Origin: the human T2T-CHM13v2.0 reference genome, Homo sapiens | Length of the DNA stretch: 64,000 bases | Strand: one strand, 5' to 3' | NCBI RefSeq assembly: GCF_009914755.1 | Contig: NC_060934.1 | Shown: positions 16,501-32,636 of the stretch, piece by piece | Numbering within the stretch: position 1 is the first letter of the stretch | Layout: the number at the start of each line of letters is the position of its first letter | Translations under genes and position numbers: made by a program | The notes under the pieces: generated by a model | Databases searched by the model: none | Told to the model about the DNA's origin: nothing | Seen by the model: only the letters and a program-made list of their open reading frames with translations

Positions 16501-18248
16501 ACTGGAAATTTTAATTGAGACCCATTCACTTAGTGCCTTTGGTAACGACATCTTCAGCATGAATGCTTCTCTTCTTTGGTGACTGGCAGCTGCGAGGTTG
16601 TTTTTTCTACTACCCAGCAGCAGCAGTTGCTGTGCTATGTTCCAATAAAAGCCTCTTGAGTTGTCCTTTCAGTCTGGAGGAGACAATGAGAGAGGCACTG
16701 GCCCTCATGCCTGTTCACTAGGCAACTGGATAGGCCAGGAGCAGGATAGGCCTGGAACTGCCTTGGGTGTCTGCTCCATTGTCCAAGCACACATTAGCAC
16801 AGGCCAACCACAGCAAAGTCACATGGGGCAGAAACGTGCCTCGCTAAGAGACCAGGCAGAGCACCTAGCCTCAGCCGTCCTTGTGATAAGCTCAGAGGAC
16901 CAGCCACTCTACCCTGCTTGAAAGCTCAGCTGTGTCTGCATCTTTAAGTGAACACTCACACTAATGGGAGGCAAAGATTCTGCTTCTTAATAGCACTCCT
17001 CCTTTCGTTTCTGCAGAAGGGTTCAGTCCTCACTAGCCAGGCTCAGACTCAAAGTCTCCTAGCTGATGGAGAGTCCATTTGCACTTTAGGAAGATGAGGA
17101 GCTGCTCTGGGAGCTGCCTGAATCCTTGCTCCCCTTTGGGAAAGTGCTTGACCTCTGGACATTGCAGAGTGGGAGGTCGGAAAGAGGCACTTGGGCTTCA
17201 ACAATTCAGGGCTGAACCATAAAAGGAAATTCTTATTGACTGTAATTGTTTTCAGCTCAAATGAGACAAATGAGGGCTTTTCATGGTAGAATTACCCAAG
17301 TATTAGCCCTTGTTAGGGGTGACATCTTAGACTTTCCCCCTGTATTACCTTAGCAGAGTCAGCCCCACATCAAATGTAATTAGATGTAGAAGTTCAGTTT
17401 AACATAGAAAATTGTGATTATGCAAATGGAGACTATGCTATTAGAATGTGTTTCAGGTTCGGAAAATTATATCCTTCTCTTCCACATTGGGTTGGCTTAT
17501 GGTTACTAATTCTTGACCCTCCCAGAGATTCCAGGCTGATTAAGGTTTGCACAAAACAGACAGACACACTTCCTCCCTCCAGGAGCTTTGATTAGGGCCA
17601 AATGTTGGCTTCCAAACTGTGTTCCTTAGAGGTGCCTTTGAGACTGCCAGGTGGGGGTCGTGCCAGGGTGCCGGACCCCAAGGTTTGACCAGAATAGCTC
17701 CTCTTTTATTTGTTGAATACATTGGGATAAACCAGTTTTGTTTGAAGAAAGGACTCCAAGCTAAAAATATTTCGAAAACCACTGCCCTAAACCACAGGTT
17801 TTTGCTGTGAATATCAATGCATATGTATTAGATTCCCACAAACTTTCTATGTTCTTTTTTCTTTATTGGAATTGTAAGTCAAACAACATGAGGTATATAT
17901 GAAGAAGGTTCAGCATGTCTCATCTTACTGCCTTCCCATTCTGCTTCTCTGAAGATAACCAGCATTGACAGGTTGATATATATGCTGCACATCTTTGTCT
18001 GTATGTGCTGATATTCTTTAAGCATTTTTTATTGCAAAAATTTTTAAACATACGGAACAGTAGAGACCAGTATAATTAATCCTTGTATACCCATCACCCA
18101 ATTCCAATAATTATCAAAATTTTACGACACTTGCTTCATCTGTCTTTTTTCATATATTTTTGTTTTCCAAAAATGGCATTATAGTACACATACCACTTGG
18201 TAACCTGCTTTTAACTTAACAATCTGTCTTAAAAAGTATTTCATATCA

Positions 18249-18504
<256 letters not shown>

Positions 18505-18895
18505 TTATTCTATATCAGCACATTTACCTCCTTCTTGTCATGGCTATGTAGTTTTCAATTTTATGATTGAGCCATCCTTTACTCAAACATTTCCCTATTG
18601 TTGGACATTCAGGCTGTTCCCCCAATTTTTTGCCACCTAATAAATTACTGTAATAAATGTTCTTGCACATGAGCCATCACATATTGGGGTGCTATTATTT
18701 CTATAGGATACATTTCTAAGAGTGGAATGGCAGGATCATGGGCTCTGTATACTTTGTTTTATTTAATATTGCTAAAGTATATTCTCAAAAGTTTACAGAT
18801 ACTCAACCTCCCACTAGCAACATATGGATATGTGCATTTCCTCATATCCTCCACAGCCCTCGTTGTTACTGCTTATAAAAAACATTATTATGAAA

Positions 18896-19040
18896 TGGTG
18901 GTGCATGCCTGTGGTCCCAGCTACTTGGGAGGCTGAGATGGGAGAATCACTTGAGTCTGGAAGTCAAGGCTGCAGTAAGCCGTGTTTGCACCACTGCGCT
19001 CTAGCCTGGGTGATGGGAGTGAGACCCGGTCTCAAAAATA
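18896..19040 (+). mobile_element. Alu right-arm fragment with (AT)n tail
   Basis: Alu consensus. Confidence 0.8.
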
Positions 19041-19248
19041 TATATATATATAATGAATCCTTTTGTAAAGAGATAGAATAAAATTGATATTTTATGTGTG
19101 TCTGTGAATGGATTTTTTCTGCATTAATTTTGTAAATTATAGTTTTACAATCATTGTTTAGGGGAAAGATAGCCATTAAGAACGTCTGGAAGAGAGGGGA
19201 AAAGGGAACCGTCTTCTGAATACCACTAATGATCTTTGTTCCCATTAG

Positions 19249-19437
<189 letters not shown>

Positions 19438-21527
19438 TAGTGAAAGGGAACGATATAATTTTTGAAAGAAGCCATTCTTAACATAAAGAGGCGATGCCGT
19501 AGCTGGCCTTCTGTTGGCATGGCGTAGGTGTTTTTGCTGGTGATGTTTTTTTGTTTCCCCTAGTTTCACTCTAACCTTCTAGTGATAGGTACAGGCCTTT
19601 GTGAATTGCCTAGAGGTGAGAGGAGATGCTTTGGAATGAGGTGCTCATTCACGTAGAAAGGGTAATTGGCACCCAAAATAAAAATCTATGGACTTGAATC
19701 TCTTCACTGTGTTGTCAACCCCCCTGAGCTAATTATAATCTTATCCTCTAAGCCTATCCTATCTGATGGCCTGGATTTGGAGCCAGCCAAGAACTTGGGA
19801 CTAGGTATTTTTCCTGGTCCTTGATGTCAGCAGGTGAGGCCCTTTGTCTCACAGCAGGAGAGTAGGAGTGTGAGAATGGATGGATGCTTACTAAGTCTAA
19901 GGAACTAAGAATCCTTAACCTGTAGGAGTTGACTGAGCCCTTTGGGATGGAGTACCTTTGTCTTCATTTCTAAAGTCAGGTGGGGAGTTTATACTCCCAA
20001 CAGTCAGAAATCAGAATATTTTATCTTTTAATGAATATTTTTACTTTATGAATCGGAGGAACAGGCATAGGAAAAATTCTTTTCTTAAAGAAGGCTGAAC
20101 TTTGGAGACTCATAGCCACATCAGGTCATTAAGCTATCTCTCTCCATCAACCTGGAGTGAGACTACTCACTTGTCTCTGTTCCTACTTCTCAGAAATTCT
20201 ATTTTGGGTAAATGCACAGAATTCAGCTTGTAACATTGATGTGGTGAGAGTCCCTAGATTAGTATTATTCCCATTTGACAAGTGAGAGCTAGAGGTGCTA
20301 AAATGTTTATCAAGAAAAAAGCACTGAGAAAGCTGGGTGGCAGAATGTGAAATAAAACCCTAAAGAATCTTGACTTCTTAGTCGCCCACGCTAATGCCAT
20401 AGACTATGACAGCATGGAGAAAAGCTGTGCATCTGAAATTCAGAAATAAATATGAGAGAAGGAAGGGAATGAGCTTGTTTAGATCATTTAGTTTAAGGAA
20501 ATGAGAGAGTCAGGGGCTCACAGTGAGGGCTTCCCTGTCACCGACCCCTTTTCCCCTGCAGCATTGAGGAATCAGGATCAGTATATTGTCAGTATAGTAC
20601 AAACCAAACAAATCCAAAAAACAATAGCAGCAACAAATTCACCACACCAACTACTGGGGTAAACTGATGCACAGTCAAAACGGTCTCTTTGGAACTCTCA
20701 GTAGACACAGGTTTAGTGGAAAAGCCCATTTGTCTGTGTTTTATCAGAGCAGTTAAATAAAGAAGAAAGATGCTGTGGAAACATAATCGGGAAGTTTTCC
20801 TTTTTCTTTAACTCACAACAACATGGCCTTCCTTCAAGCCTAGGGGTTTGTGAGTTCCTGAATTTTTTTATAAGGAAAGTAGAACTCAGATAACCAAAGC
20901 TTGTGTCTCTTGCTGTCACCATCACCACCAGAGAGCAAGTTTTATAGGGATCAGCTCAAGGCCACATATGCAACTGCCCCTCCAGGGAAATGTGGGTTAG
21001 TGGGCTCTTCCATCTCAGAGGGATTCCATGGCATGATGTAGCCCAGGACAGACATACATAATTAATAACAATGTCTGGTAACCCTGGGGATCAGGAAAGG
21101 GCCATCTTATAATGAGCTCTTTTGGTGATGTTTATAAAAAGGTCTCTTTGAACAGATGGGATCAAAGAGATCTCTTCCTTGTGCTGACTTTTTTTCCTTT
21201 TAAGTGAGGTATAAAACACATACTCTACAGTGCATAATGTACACTCATCCTAAGTGTACAATTCCATTAATTGGTTACATGTGTACACCCATATAATTAA
21301 CACCCAGGTAAAGATATAGAGCATTTCCAGAATGTCAGGTTTCCTTATGCTTCTTCTCCATCAGTTCCCCATCCCCACCTGAGAGAGAAGCTCAATGCTA
21401 ACTCCTGTCACCGTTGATTAGTTTTGCCTGTTCTTGAACTTCATAGACGTGGAATCATGCCTTGTGCTGAATCTTGTTTAAGACCATTAAAGTCAAGTCC
21501 AGTGAGTGTCCTTCCTTTCTTTCTTAG

Positions 21528-21659
21528 GCCTTTTTAGAGATGGCTTACACAGAAGCTGCACAGGCCATGGTCCAGTATTATCAAGAAAAATCTGCTGTGA
21601 TCAATGGTGAGAAGTTGCTCATTCGGATGTCCAAGAGATACAAGGAATTGCAGCTCAAG
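21528..21659 (+). CDS. RBM20: RBM20 exon 7 (132 nt): RRM C-terminal half
   Basis: ttcttAG|GCC ... AAG|GTAAAG. Encodes [44 protein letters not shown]. Confidence 0.96.
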
Positions 21660-22888
21660 GTAAAGCATTATCTTGCTCATTCAGTCATTCAACAAGCACC
21701 AGATGAGTTTCTCCTCCGTGTTAGGCACTGACCTAAACGCTGGTGGAAAGGAGAGGATAGGAAAAGATTCAGAAATTACACACTGCCTTTGAGGATCTCG
21801 AGGCAAACCATTGCAGCATGGCAAGAAAAGTGCTCTTGAGGTAAATACAAAGTGCAAAGAGACGCCTGAGACTACCTGGGAGCCAAGGAAAGTTTTCCAG
21901 AAGAAGATGTTCACAGGGGAACTTTTAAAGGAGGAAGTCAGAAGGGAAAGGTGCTGAGAGTTCCAGGCATAAACCCTTGAATACAACCTTCTCTCCCTAT
22001 ACAGACCTTCAGTAACATTTTCTTCTTCTGTCACCCCCTTGATCTCTTGTTCTCTTCTCTCTCCTTCATATTTACGTCTTAAGCCTCATAGAAGTCCTTC
22101 TAAGCAGCCCTTGGCTGAATTGGCCACTGTCAGAACTCAGGGATGCATTCAAATAGTTCCAAACCAGGGTTTGCTTTTGTTTTAGCTGATCTACGTTTCT
22201 TTCTTTTCTTTCCTTCTTTTTTGTTTTATTGTGAAGTATAACAGAACACACAGAAAAATGGCTGATTATATATTGTATGGTTTAAAAAGTAATAATGGGT
22301 GAGATCTCACAAATCCCGTAAAACCACCACCAAAGTCAAGAAATAGAATATGGACAGCATCCAGAAGCTCCCGTGAGTCCCTCCTCCTGTTCAACCCCTC
22401 CCTCTCTACTCTCCTGACTTCAATGATAATCATATCTGTGCTTTTCCTTATAGTTCTATCACCTGTATATGCCTCCCTAAACATTATGGTTTAGTTTTGC
22501 CTGTTTTTGAACTTTATATAAATGGAATTATGCTGTGTTCTTACAGATCTTGCTTCTTTCATTCAACATGATGCCATCCATGTTGTTGGGCATGTCTATT
22601 TATTTTCATTGTTATATACATTTCCATTGTATGGCTATACAGTTTATCCATTCTACTGTTGATGGACATTTGAGTTGTTTTAGGGACAAGGCTAATCTGA
22701 ACCTTCTCAAACATGTCATCCTGGTATATATGCACTTGAGCATATAACTAGAGGTACATACATAACTAAGATTGAGATAGCTGCATCATAAGGCATGCTT
22801 ACCTCAACTTTCCTAGATGATAGCAAGCTCTTTCCAAAATTAGTTGTCTCAAATTTATACTCCTACTAGTAGTGTATTAGAGTTTTCA

Positions 22889-23183
22889 GCCGGGCGTGGT
22901 GGCTCACCCCTGTAATCCCAGCACTTTGGGAGACCAAGGTGGGTGGATCACGAGGTCAGGGGTTCAAGAGCAGCCTGGCCAACATGGTGAAACCCCGTCT
23001 CTACTAAAAATACAAAAATTAGCCAGGCGTGGTGGCAGGCGCCTGTAATCTCAGCTACTCGGGAGGCTGAGGCAGGAGAATCGCTTTAACCTGGGAGGCA
23101 GAGGTTGCAGTGAGCCAAGATTGTGCCACTGCACTCTAGCCTGGGCAACAAAAGTGAAACTCCGTCTCAAAAAAAAAAAAAAA
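22889..23183 (+). mobile_element. AluS, full length
   Basis: Both arms, poly(A) tail, TSD AGTTTTCA. Confidence 0.93.
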
Positions 23184-23234
23184 GTTTTCAATGGTCCACA
23201 TTCTTGCTAACACATTGTCTTGTCCAACTTTTAA

Positions 23235-23585
<351 letters not shown>

Positions 23586-25154
23586 AGTTTATCACAGTTT
23601 TATATTTTATTCCCCTAATTGCGCATGGAGATTGAGCACTTTTTCATCTGTTTGTTGGCTGTTCCATCTGGATCTTCTCTGATGGGCTGTTTCTTTTCAG
23701 GTCATCTGCCCATGCTTTTCTTTTGCATTGTGTCTTCTTATTGGTTTGCAGGAGTTCTCTTAACTGGAGCACGTAGTCTATTTGGATTTCTTGTAATTAA
23801 TGCTGTATTAGTGTTTGAATCTACCCTCTTATTTTGTGCTTTCTACTGTTCCATTTAATAGGGATTTTCCCGTTCACTTTAGCTCATTCCACATTGACTT
23901 AGGGTCCATTTTGTCTAAGACCCACAGGCCTTAATCCACCTTCAAGGTTGAAGTTAGAAGACAAAGGCTTAGTGGATGTTTCTGGCTAGGACTGGCATTC
24001 TGACAAGTCTCCATATGTAGATGGGCACTGTGTCAACCAGCTTCCAGAGTCCTGAATCTGCTTTGCTTGCATCATTGCCTCTGAAATTCCTTTACTAACA
24101 GTTCTCCTTCAGGCAGAACCTGGCTTTTTTTTTTTTTTTTTTCCTAATAAAAGTATATTGCTTCTTTCAGACAAGTAAGCATCCCACCCCATTCTATATC
24201 CAAGCAAAGTTCCTGGTCTCCTGGATTCTTCCCTGGGGGCTGGAATTGAATTTCTACACTAAGTTCCCAGTAGAGCTTTGGTCTCCAAATGAGATGTTGT
24301 CATAAGTTTCTAATTAGGATTAACAGCAGTAATTGGCTTCTTAAATTAAAGTACCAAAGCATAGCAATACCTTCCTGAGGGAGATAGTTTGGGGTGGTGC
24401 AAAAAACATGGGTTAAAGAGGTCAGATGGTCGAGTTTTGCTTTCAGCAAATGTGCACTGAGTGCTCACCGTGGGTGGAACTGGGCCAGGTGCCATGGAGG
24501 GAGAAGTAGCAAGCTGGCGAGGAGCTCAGTCTGGTGGGAGAAAAAGCAAATAAACAAAGAACCACTGACAACCATGTGACCTATCCTAGATTGGAAGATG
24601 GTGATGTCAGCCTGGGCTCTACCGCTTCCTGCTTTAGTGAGCTTAGAAAAGTTGCTTAACCTCTGTGAACCTCAGTTTACAGATCAGGAAAGGACTATAC
24701 TTTGAGTTATTTGGCTTTAAGTATTTTTTTTCATACATTATCTTTTCAGTCTCGTAATCACTGTACCCTGTGAAGTGTGTAGGGGGTATAATAGCAGTAA
24801 TTATAAGAGTACAACAATAACAATAATGTATACCTTTAATTGAGTCCCGGTACTCTGGGGCAAAGAAGTTTACATACATTATTTAATCCTGACATCAGTC
24901 CTGTTAGACAGGTATTATTATCTCAGTTTTACAGATGAGGAATCTGAAGCTAATAGAAATTCAGGAACTTGCCCAGGATTGTACTTAGCTACTGGAAGAG
25001 CTATGATTAAAACTTAGTGCTGTTTTGGTTTTGCACTAAAGCTGCATTGTTATAGTGTGTTATCATGATCTCTGTTGTCTATGTGAAAAAAACCTGAGAA
25101 ATCAGGTAATTTGCTTATAGTCACCCAGCCAAGAAGCCGCAGAGATAGTATTCT

Positions 25155-25320
25155 AACAGAGCTTCTCAAGCTTCAGTGTGCATACAGATCACTTGGTGAT
25201 GTTGTGAAAACTCACTTTGATTCAGCATATCTAGGGTAGTGCTGTTATTGCGTATTTCTAACGAGGTCCCAGGAGATGCTGCTGCTGGTGGTCCTCGGAG
25301 AACACTTTGAATAGAAAGGG
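25155..25320. mobile_element. MER5A-like hAT-Charlie DNA transposon
   Basis: cttctcaagcttcagtgtgcat...gaacactttgaatag pattern. Confidence 0.65.
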
Positions 25321-27688
25321 CGCAGAACACATTATTTTCTGATCTTTAGCAGGGCTTTTCTGCTCCCCAAGCTGCCATATTCCCTCTTAAGGCATTGTGA
25401 AGGTCGCATGGAATAACAGATGTGAAAACAACTTAATGTATGTCTCAACTACATAGTAATGCATGCTTTATGGTCCCTATGTTGATATGAATCAGCTGCC
25501 ACTCTGTCTGCACGTAACAGAAATTCATCTCCATTAAGCCTGTTGGCTTAAGCAAAAAAAAAAAAAAAAAAAAAAAAAAGAATTTATGGATGCATGTAAA
25601 TGAAACGTCCAGGAGTAGATCTGGCTGCAGGTGCGGCTGGATTCAGGACCCAGAGACCCTCATTAGGACTTGGTTTCTCTCCACGCTGCCTTCTGCTCTT
25701 TTGGCTTTGTTTACTGGGGGCTCCCTGGGATGGGCCGTAGCAGCCCAGGCTCTCTCCTCTAGGTGGCATGATGGCTACAGTGACCTCAGCAGCTCTTTCT
25801 CCCCCTTCCGTTTCCTTCAACAAGAGAAAGCCAGAGTTTTTTCCTAGAAGCTCCCACAAAAGTCCTGAGACTTTTGAGAGAGAGTCGCTCTGACTGGACT
25901 AGCTTAGCACAGGTGCACATTCCTGAATTGATCTCTGGCCAGGGCTAGGCCATGCTGTGATTGGCTGGACCTGTGTCATCTGCTACATCCTCAGAGCTGG
26001 GACAGAGACCCACCTAGAGCTCTGGAGCAAGATGAGGGAGGAACAGCTGCTATCAGGAGGAGGGAGAGTGGCTACCGGGAAGGTATAGGGCAAACACTGT
26101 ATCCATGTGTGTCTCTGGGCCAAAGGGGCTGCATATGAGGTCCCACCAGGGTTTGCAGAGGTGGGGAGAAATTCTGATTGCTCTTTCTCCTCTAACTTTA
26201 TCTTTTGCTCACCAGGTAAAGTATAGGGAGAGAAGGGAGAGATTTTAAGGTATTTTTCATTTCCTCTCTTGAATATTTCTTCATGCACATATCTTATCTC
26301 CCCATATACTTCCTGTGGCAAGGGAGTTCCTCAGCTTATTTGAGGCAGAACCTTTCACATGATAGATGTTTAATAAATATGCAAAATGAATAAGAAAGAG
26401 AAAATCTGAAGGAACAACAAAAAGTGAGTAGCCTTCTTCCTGCAGACCTGGACAAGATGATTGGAATATATTCTGGGTTGTTCTATAGAAACTTCGTCAA
26501 TAAGTATGGAATCATAATCTCTCTGATGCAGAAGTGAACTTGGAATAATTTAAACCAGTGTCTCCCAGTCACTTCATCAGAGGGTCATCAGGGGATTTTT
26601 TGTGGGGGGAGTCCTCTTGCCCAGAGATTCTCTTCAATAGGCTTCGGGTGGGAATGAGACTCCCAGGTGCTTTTGAGGGCAGAGGGTCTGGTTTCAGAGC
26701 CATTGGTCTTGCCAGCCTCCTCGCTACAGAGAGGGCTTCTGGCCCTGGGAAGCAGTCTTGTGAATGGTCCATGGTGCTCTCAGTTGGGAAGATGATTGAG
26801 AGTCTTCTCTATGTGCTGATAGTTACAAAGCAATACAAGACATGGTTCTCAGTTGGGAAGAGTTCACTCTCCAACTGGGAGACAAATTATTCTTGTGCAA
26901 AATTACACAAGATTTAAACATGAGTGCATAAGTACAGGAGCTACCAGAAGTTCCATGGCAAAAGGCAGTGTGACTGAGGGGTGTGAAAAAGGGAAGAGAT
27001 TCCTAAACAAGGCCTTGAAGAAGGGGAGAATTAGCTAAAGAGAGACAGAGCTTCCAGGCAGGAGTCGGGTGAGTGATGATGTCGAGCCTAGAAAGCCTGG
27101 TAATGTTGAAACAGTCAGGGCTGCCTTGACAGGATCTGGCTCAGATGAGTTCTGGGCTCATCTAGAAGGTTTCAGTGTCTTCCCAGGACTCTTGAAGTGT
27201 GTAAAACAGGTGTGGAGTTGTCAGAGGGCATGAAACTTTCCAGCAGCTCCCTTCATGTTGGCCAAGCACTCTGTGACTTTTACGGGTGTAGCCTGCCATG
27301 CCCTGAGGCTTTTGGTGGATGCCAGATGGGCCTCATTAACCCACCTTCACTGGTGGAGAAAGTGAGTTTCCCATCGGCAATAAGCCTTGACCCAGGGTGA
27401 CCTAGCCAGGTGCGGGCAGGGCTGGGGCTGCTCTTCCTGGGTTGAGATTCCTAGTGGTGGTGCCTCCCTCTTAATATGCCAGCACTTTTCTAGGACTGCA
27501 TGGGGCTTGGAATCTCACCCTTGTCTTAAAAGCAGCAAGATGTGTTAACTCTGAGCACTGTAGTTGGTCCCTTGTGGGGCTGTTGAGTGGAATCATTGTC
27601 ATCACAGAATGGATGTAAAGATAACAATGTCTGACGTTTGCTTCAAAATAATATAGGGGGTGGGGAAGGAGGGTGGTGAGTACAGATG

Positions 27689-28388
<700 letters not shown>

Positions 28389-30621
28389 AAATGCAACAAG
28401 ATTAGTCATCATTGTTGGCTGAAGATGGGTAATGGATTCTTCGGGGTTCAGTAAACCATTCTCTCTACTTTTGTGTATGTTTGAAATTTTCTACAATGAA
28501 AAGGTAACCAAAATTTTATCATAGACCTACTCTTTTCTCTCCCATTTCAATTTTTCTGGGGTGATTACAGCTTTGTTTCACCTGCCTTCTTTATGCCTTT
28601 ACCCACAGAATACAGAAGCTGGCCAAAGAGGAAGGTGGAGAGAATTTTCTTAGGGCTTTCCGAAGTCAATTCTCTTATTTGAAAATCTTTGGCTACTTCT
28701 GTCCCCTTTTCAGATGGCAGCTGGCAGCTGGTCCAGAGAGCACCAAACAATTTGCAATTACCACCTAAAATAGCAGAACTGATGCTCTGATCCTCAGGAG
28801 GGATCACAATACCTGTGACCACTAGCCCCAGCGTGCAGTATTTGCAGATTCATATTCATTCTCTGCAGCCACATCCTTCCATCTCTCCAGCCATGCATCT
28901 TGGGATTAGTGTTAGGGAGCACCTGCTCCATGCCAGGCTCTGTGCTGGTGCTGGCTGTGTGAAGATTATCAGCCCAGGGGCCCCCTCACTGGGGACCTGG
29001 GATCCGGATAGAAGTAACTCCAGGAGGTATGGGCTGAAAGTGACCCCAGGAGGAGGTTCTGTGGTTAAGAAAATAAGGGGCAGAGGAATGTTTAAGCCAA
29101 GGAGAGGCTCTTCTAAGCTCACTCTAACTGCACCTCTTTGACCCCTGGGAAACTGCATGGGCCACTAGAGGATGTTTTCATCTGCAGTGTCTGATCAGCC
29201 CGCTCTGCCCCTCACTGGGGGCACCCCTGAGGGGAAGGGCCTGGGGGTGCCATCTGTGATAACCAAGGTGCAGAAGGGACCAAGAGCTCGTGGAATGCCT
29301 CTGGCCCTGACATTGGCCTGACCTGCTCCTGCCCCCATGCACCTGAGCCCTACCCTCATAGTCACTCTGCCATGGGTAATCTGCAAAACCTCAGCCGCTC
29401 CCTGCCAAGACCATCCTCCTCCCACGTCGGTCTTTCCTGGATCTGGGCTGGAAGGAATAACCAGGAGGATATGAAGTTCCAGAAGAGCAGAAGAAAACTG
29501 GAACCTTGGGGACTCTTTTTACAACAGAAAGCTCCCCATCCAACTCCCATGGGGAATTTTATGTTCTGAAGAATTGCCATATACATTTATGCCAGTCTGG
29601 GGGCACATTCTTTAGCCTTTGTCTATTCTAGCTTGGCAGTGCAAGCCACAGATTTGGGAGGGACCCGGGGTGTGGCTTCCCGGCGATGGCAGATCTCATG
29701 TCATGGTCTTGGTCCTGATGGTTCCCACCAGCTTTCCCAAGCTCTGCTGCTCCCCTGGTGCCTGTGTGAAGGCAGTGCTGTGACAGGTCCTTTCAGGGAC
29801 CAGCCATCCCAGCTGGCTTTCCCTTGATGATACAGTAGCCGGAGTTCATTGTGTGGCCCAAGGTGGGCAGGCAGGAAGAAGACCTGCTTGGTGGGATCCA
29901 CATCAAGTGCAGTCAGCTCCAAGTGAGCCTCTTCTTCTACCCCAAGTGACAACCGACCCTGGCTGAAGGACCACTGGTCTCTAGCCACACGGTGGGGTGG
30001 GAGGAGACATCCTGGGCAGCAGCTTTCTTCTTGGCCGACACCAACAGGCTTGGCTTCTATCCTTGTTTGGCCTTGGTCTGAACAAGGTCCAGTTTAAGTG
30101 GCTGAGGTGCTGGAGGCCAGTGCAAGTCTTGGGTGATCTGGTAATTTGTAGGTGGCACTTTCATGGGCTTTACAGAGGGTTGATCTCTACAGCTCCAGTT
30201 TGACATAAGGGACCATTTGCCAAAGTTGTGGTGCCTTTTCTTGTGGACATCCTGCCCAGTGCTAAGTTCCTGGGCCTTTTCTTGAATGGGGGATTGGCTG
30301 ACTTCTAAAACCTCTGACTTATTCACAAGCACAGTTGAAGGAGTCACTGCCTTCTCTTTGACTTTCTTTCATTTTGCATCTCCATATGACAAGAGGTGAG
30401 GTCCCTCCCTCACTTGAACATTTTATATCTCTTTTCTGTGTCCTGACCTCTCTCCCTGAAACTGCAGGCAGCTCCTCCTTCATTCTCACCTTTACTCTGT
30501 GTTTTTCCCAGCCCAACCCTCTATCTCAACAATAACAGATAATCAGCCACGCCACTCAGAGCACTCATACCATGCTAGGCCAGCTAGATCACATCTCTGG
30601 ACCTGAGATTCCCATCTGTCA

Positions 30622-31000
<379 letters not shown>

Positions 31001-32147
31001 CATGATTCTTTGTAAATTACATAGAAAAAATCAAGGAAAAAAAGTCGATTAAATTTAATAAAACTCATTATCAAAAGTTTACATAGACTGAGGGTTTTTA
31101 GTCTTGGTCTTTAAAAAAATCAGCTTTATTTTTTGAGATATAACTCACATTCCATAAAATTCACTCTGCTTGCTACATTTTTATGTAAGGGATGAATTCT
31201 GCATAGTCTTCAGGAAGATGCTCCTGTTGCCTTTTGTGCTTATGAATTTCTTTTTAAAAATCATTTATTATTTATTTATTTTGGTTATCATGTGTCCATT
31301 CTGGGTTTAGGAAAGGGCTTTGGTCGGGAATGGGGGGCTGGGGTTGGTCCTGTCCTGGCATAGCCACCGTCTAATGACCTCTGGGAAGGATGGAGCCCTG
31401 GCTGCCTACTATTCTCAGCTGTGAAGCCCGACTCCCAGCTTATGCCACCCTCCTCACAGATTTACTTTGAGCATCAGCTGATGTCTGTGCTTGAGGTGTT
31501 GAAGGGGGCACAGAGCATGGAAAGCATGGAAAGGAACTTGGAGTTAAAATACCTGGTGTCAGGTCCTGATTCTTTTCACTATCTGTGTGACCTTGAAGTG
31601 TTCCTTAACCCAATACAACTCCAAGAGTCACCAACTGCATGGAACACAGGGTGGCTGGTGACCCTGGAGCTGTGCAGAGCAGAGACCCTGCCTCAACCTC
31701 TCTGGCTCTAAGTTTCCATAGATATAAAAAGCGGAGGCTGCAGTCAATGATCTTCAAGTCTTTCCAAGTTTACAATGCATGCCTGCCTGCCTTCCTTCCC
31801 TCCCTCCATCCCTCTGTCCTTTTCTTTCTTTCACATTTTAATTTTTTTTTATTCGGGCAGAGGTGGGTATTAACAAATGCTGCTTGTCTCCAGCACATGG
31901 ATGTGAACACCAGGCTCCTTCCTTCCCCAGCTCAATGGACCACTCAGTGTTCTCTGGGCCACACAGCCCCACCCAGTTCAGCATTATACTCACACTCATC
32001 CGTTGGATTACACCTTTTGTCTTCCCCACACAAGGTATTTTTTCCCTTTTGGTGGACCAGGCAATGAATGACCCAGGTCAGAGCTGCTTCCCTCAGGTGT
32101 TTGCAAGGCCATCTCTGATCTGATGGTGATCTCTCTGACTTTGCTAG

Positions 32148-32227
32148 AAACCCGGGAAGGCCGTGGCTGCCATCATCCAGGACATCCATTCCCAGAGGGA
32201 GAGGGACATGTTCCGGGAAGCAGACAG
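32148..32227 (+). CDS. RBM20: RBM20 exon 8 (80 nt)
   Basis: tgctAG|AAA ... AG|GTGAGG. Encodes KPGKAVAAIIQDIHSQRERDMFREAD(R). Confidence 0.94.
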
Positions 32228-32555
32228 GTGAGGCCCCAAGCCCCAAGTCTCCAGGCAGGTTCTGGGCAGTGGGAACAGACTCCTGTTTCTCATTCTTAGG
32301 GGCATTTGAGTCATGCTGTGCCCTGTTCTTGCCCCTACCCCATCCATCTGCTTTTCTGGGTCCCACTTTTCCATGTTCCCCATGAAAAACACCAGTCCAG
32401 TTCAGACATGCTGCTCCGGTTAACCTCAGGAAAATACAAAATGCTGAGCTTCCCTTCAGCTCCTCACCCTTTGTTGGAAAATAATATAGGAAAAGGTCTG
32501 TTAATATTTGGCCCTTTGGGGCAAGTCTACACCCTATTAAAACAGCCTAAAAGTA

Positions 32556-32636
32556 ATGCGTGTGTGTGTGTGTGTGTGTGCATGTGTGCGTGTGTGTGTG
32601 CATGTGTGTGCGTGTGTGTGTGTGTGTGTACGTGTG
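32556..32636. repeat. Interrupted (GT)n microsatellite in intron 8
   Basis: Read directly. Confidence 0.95.
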
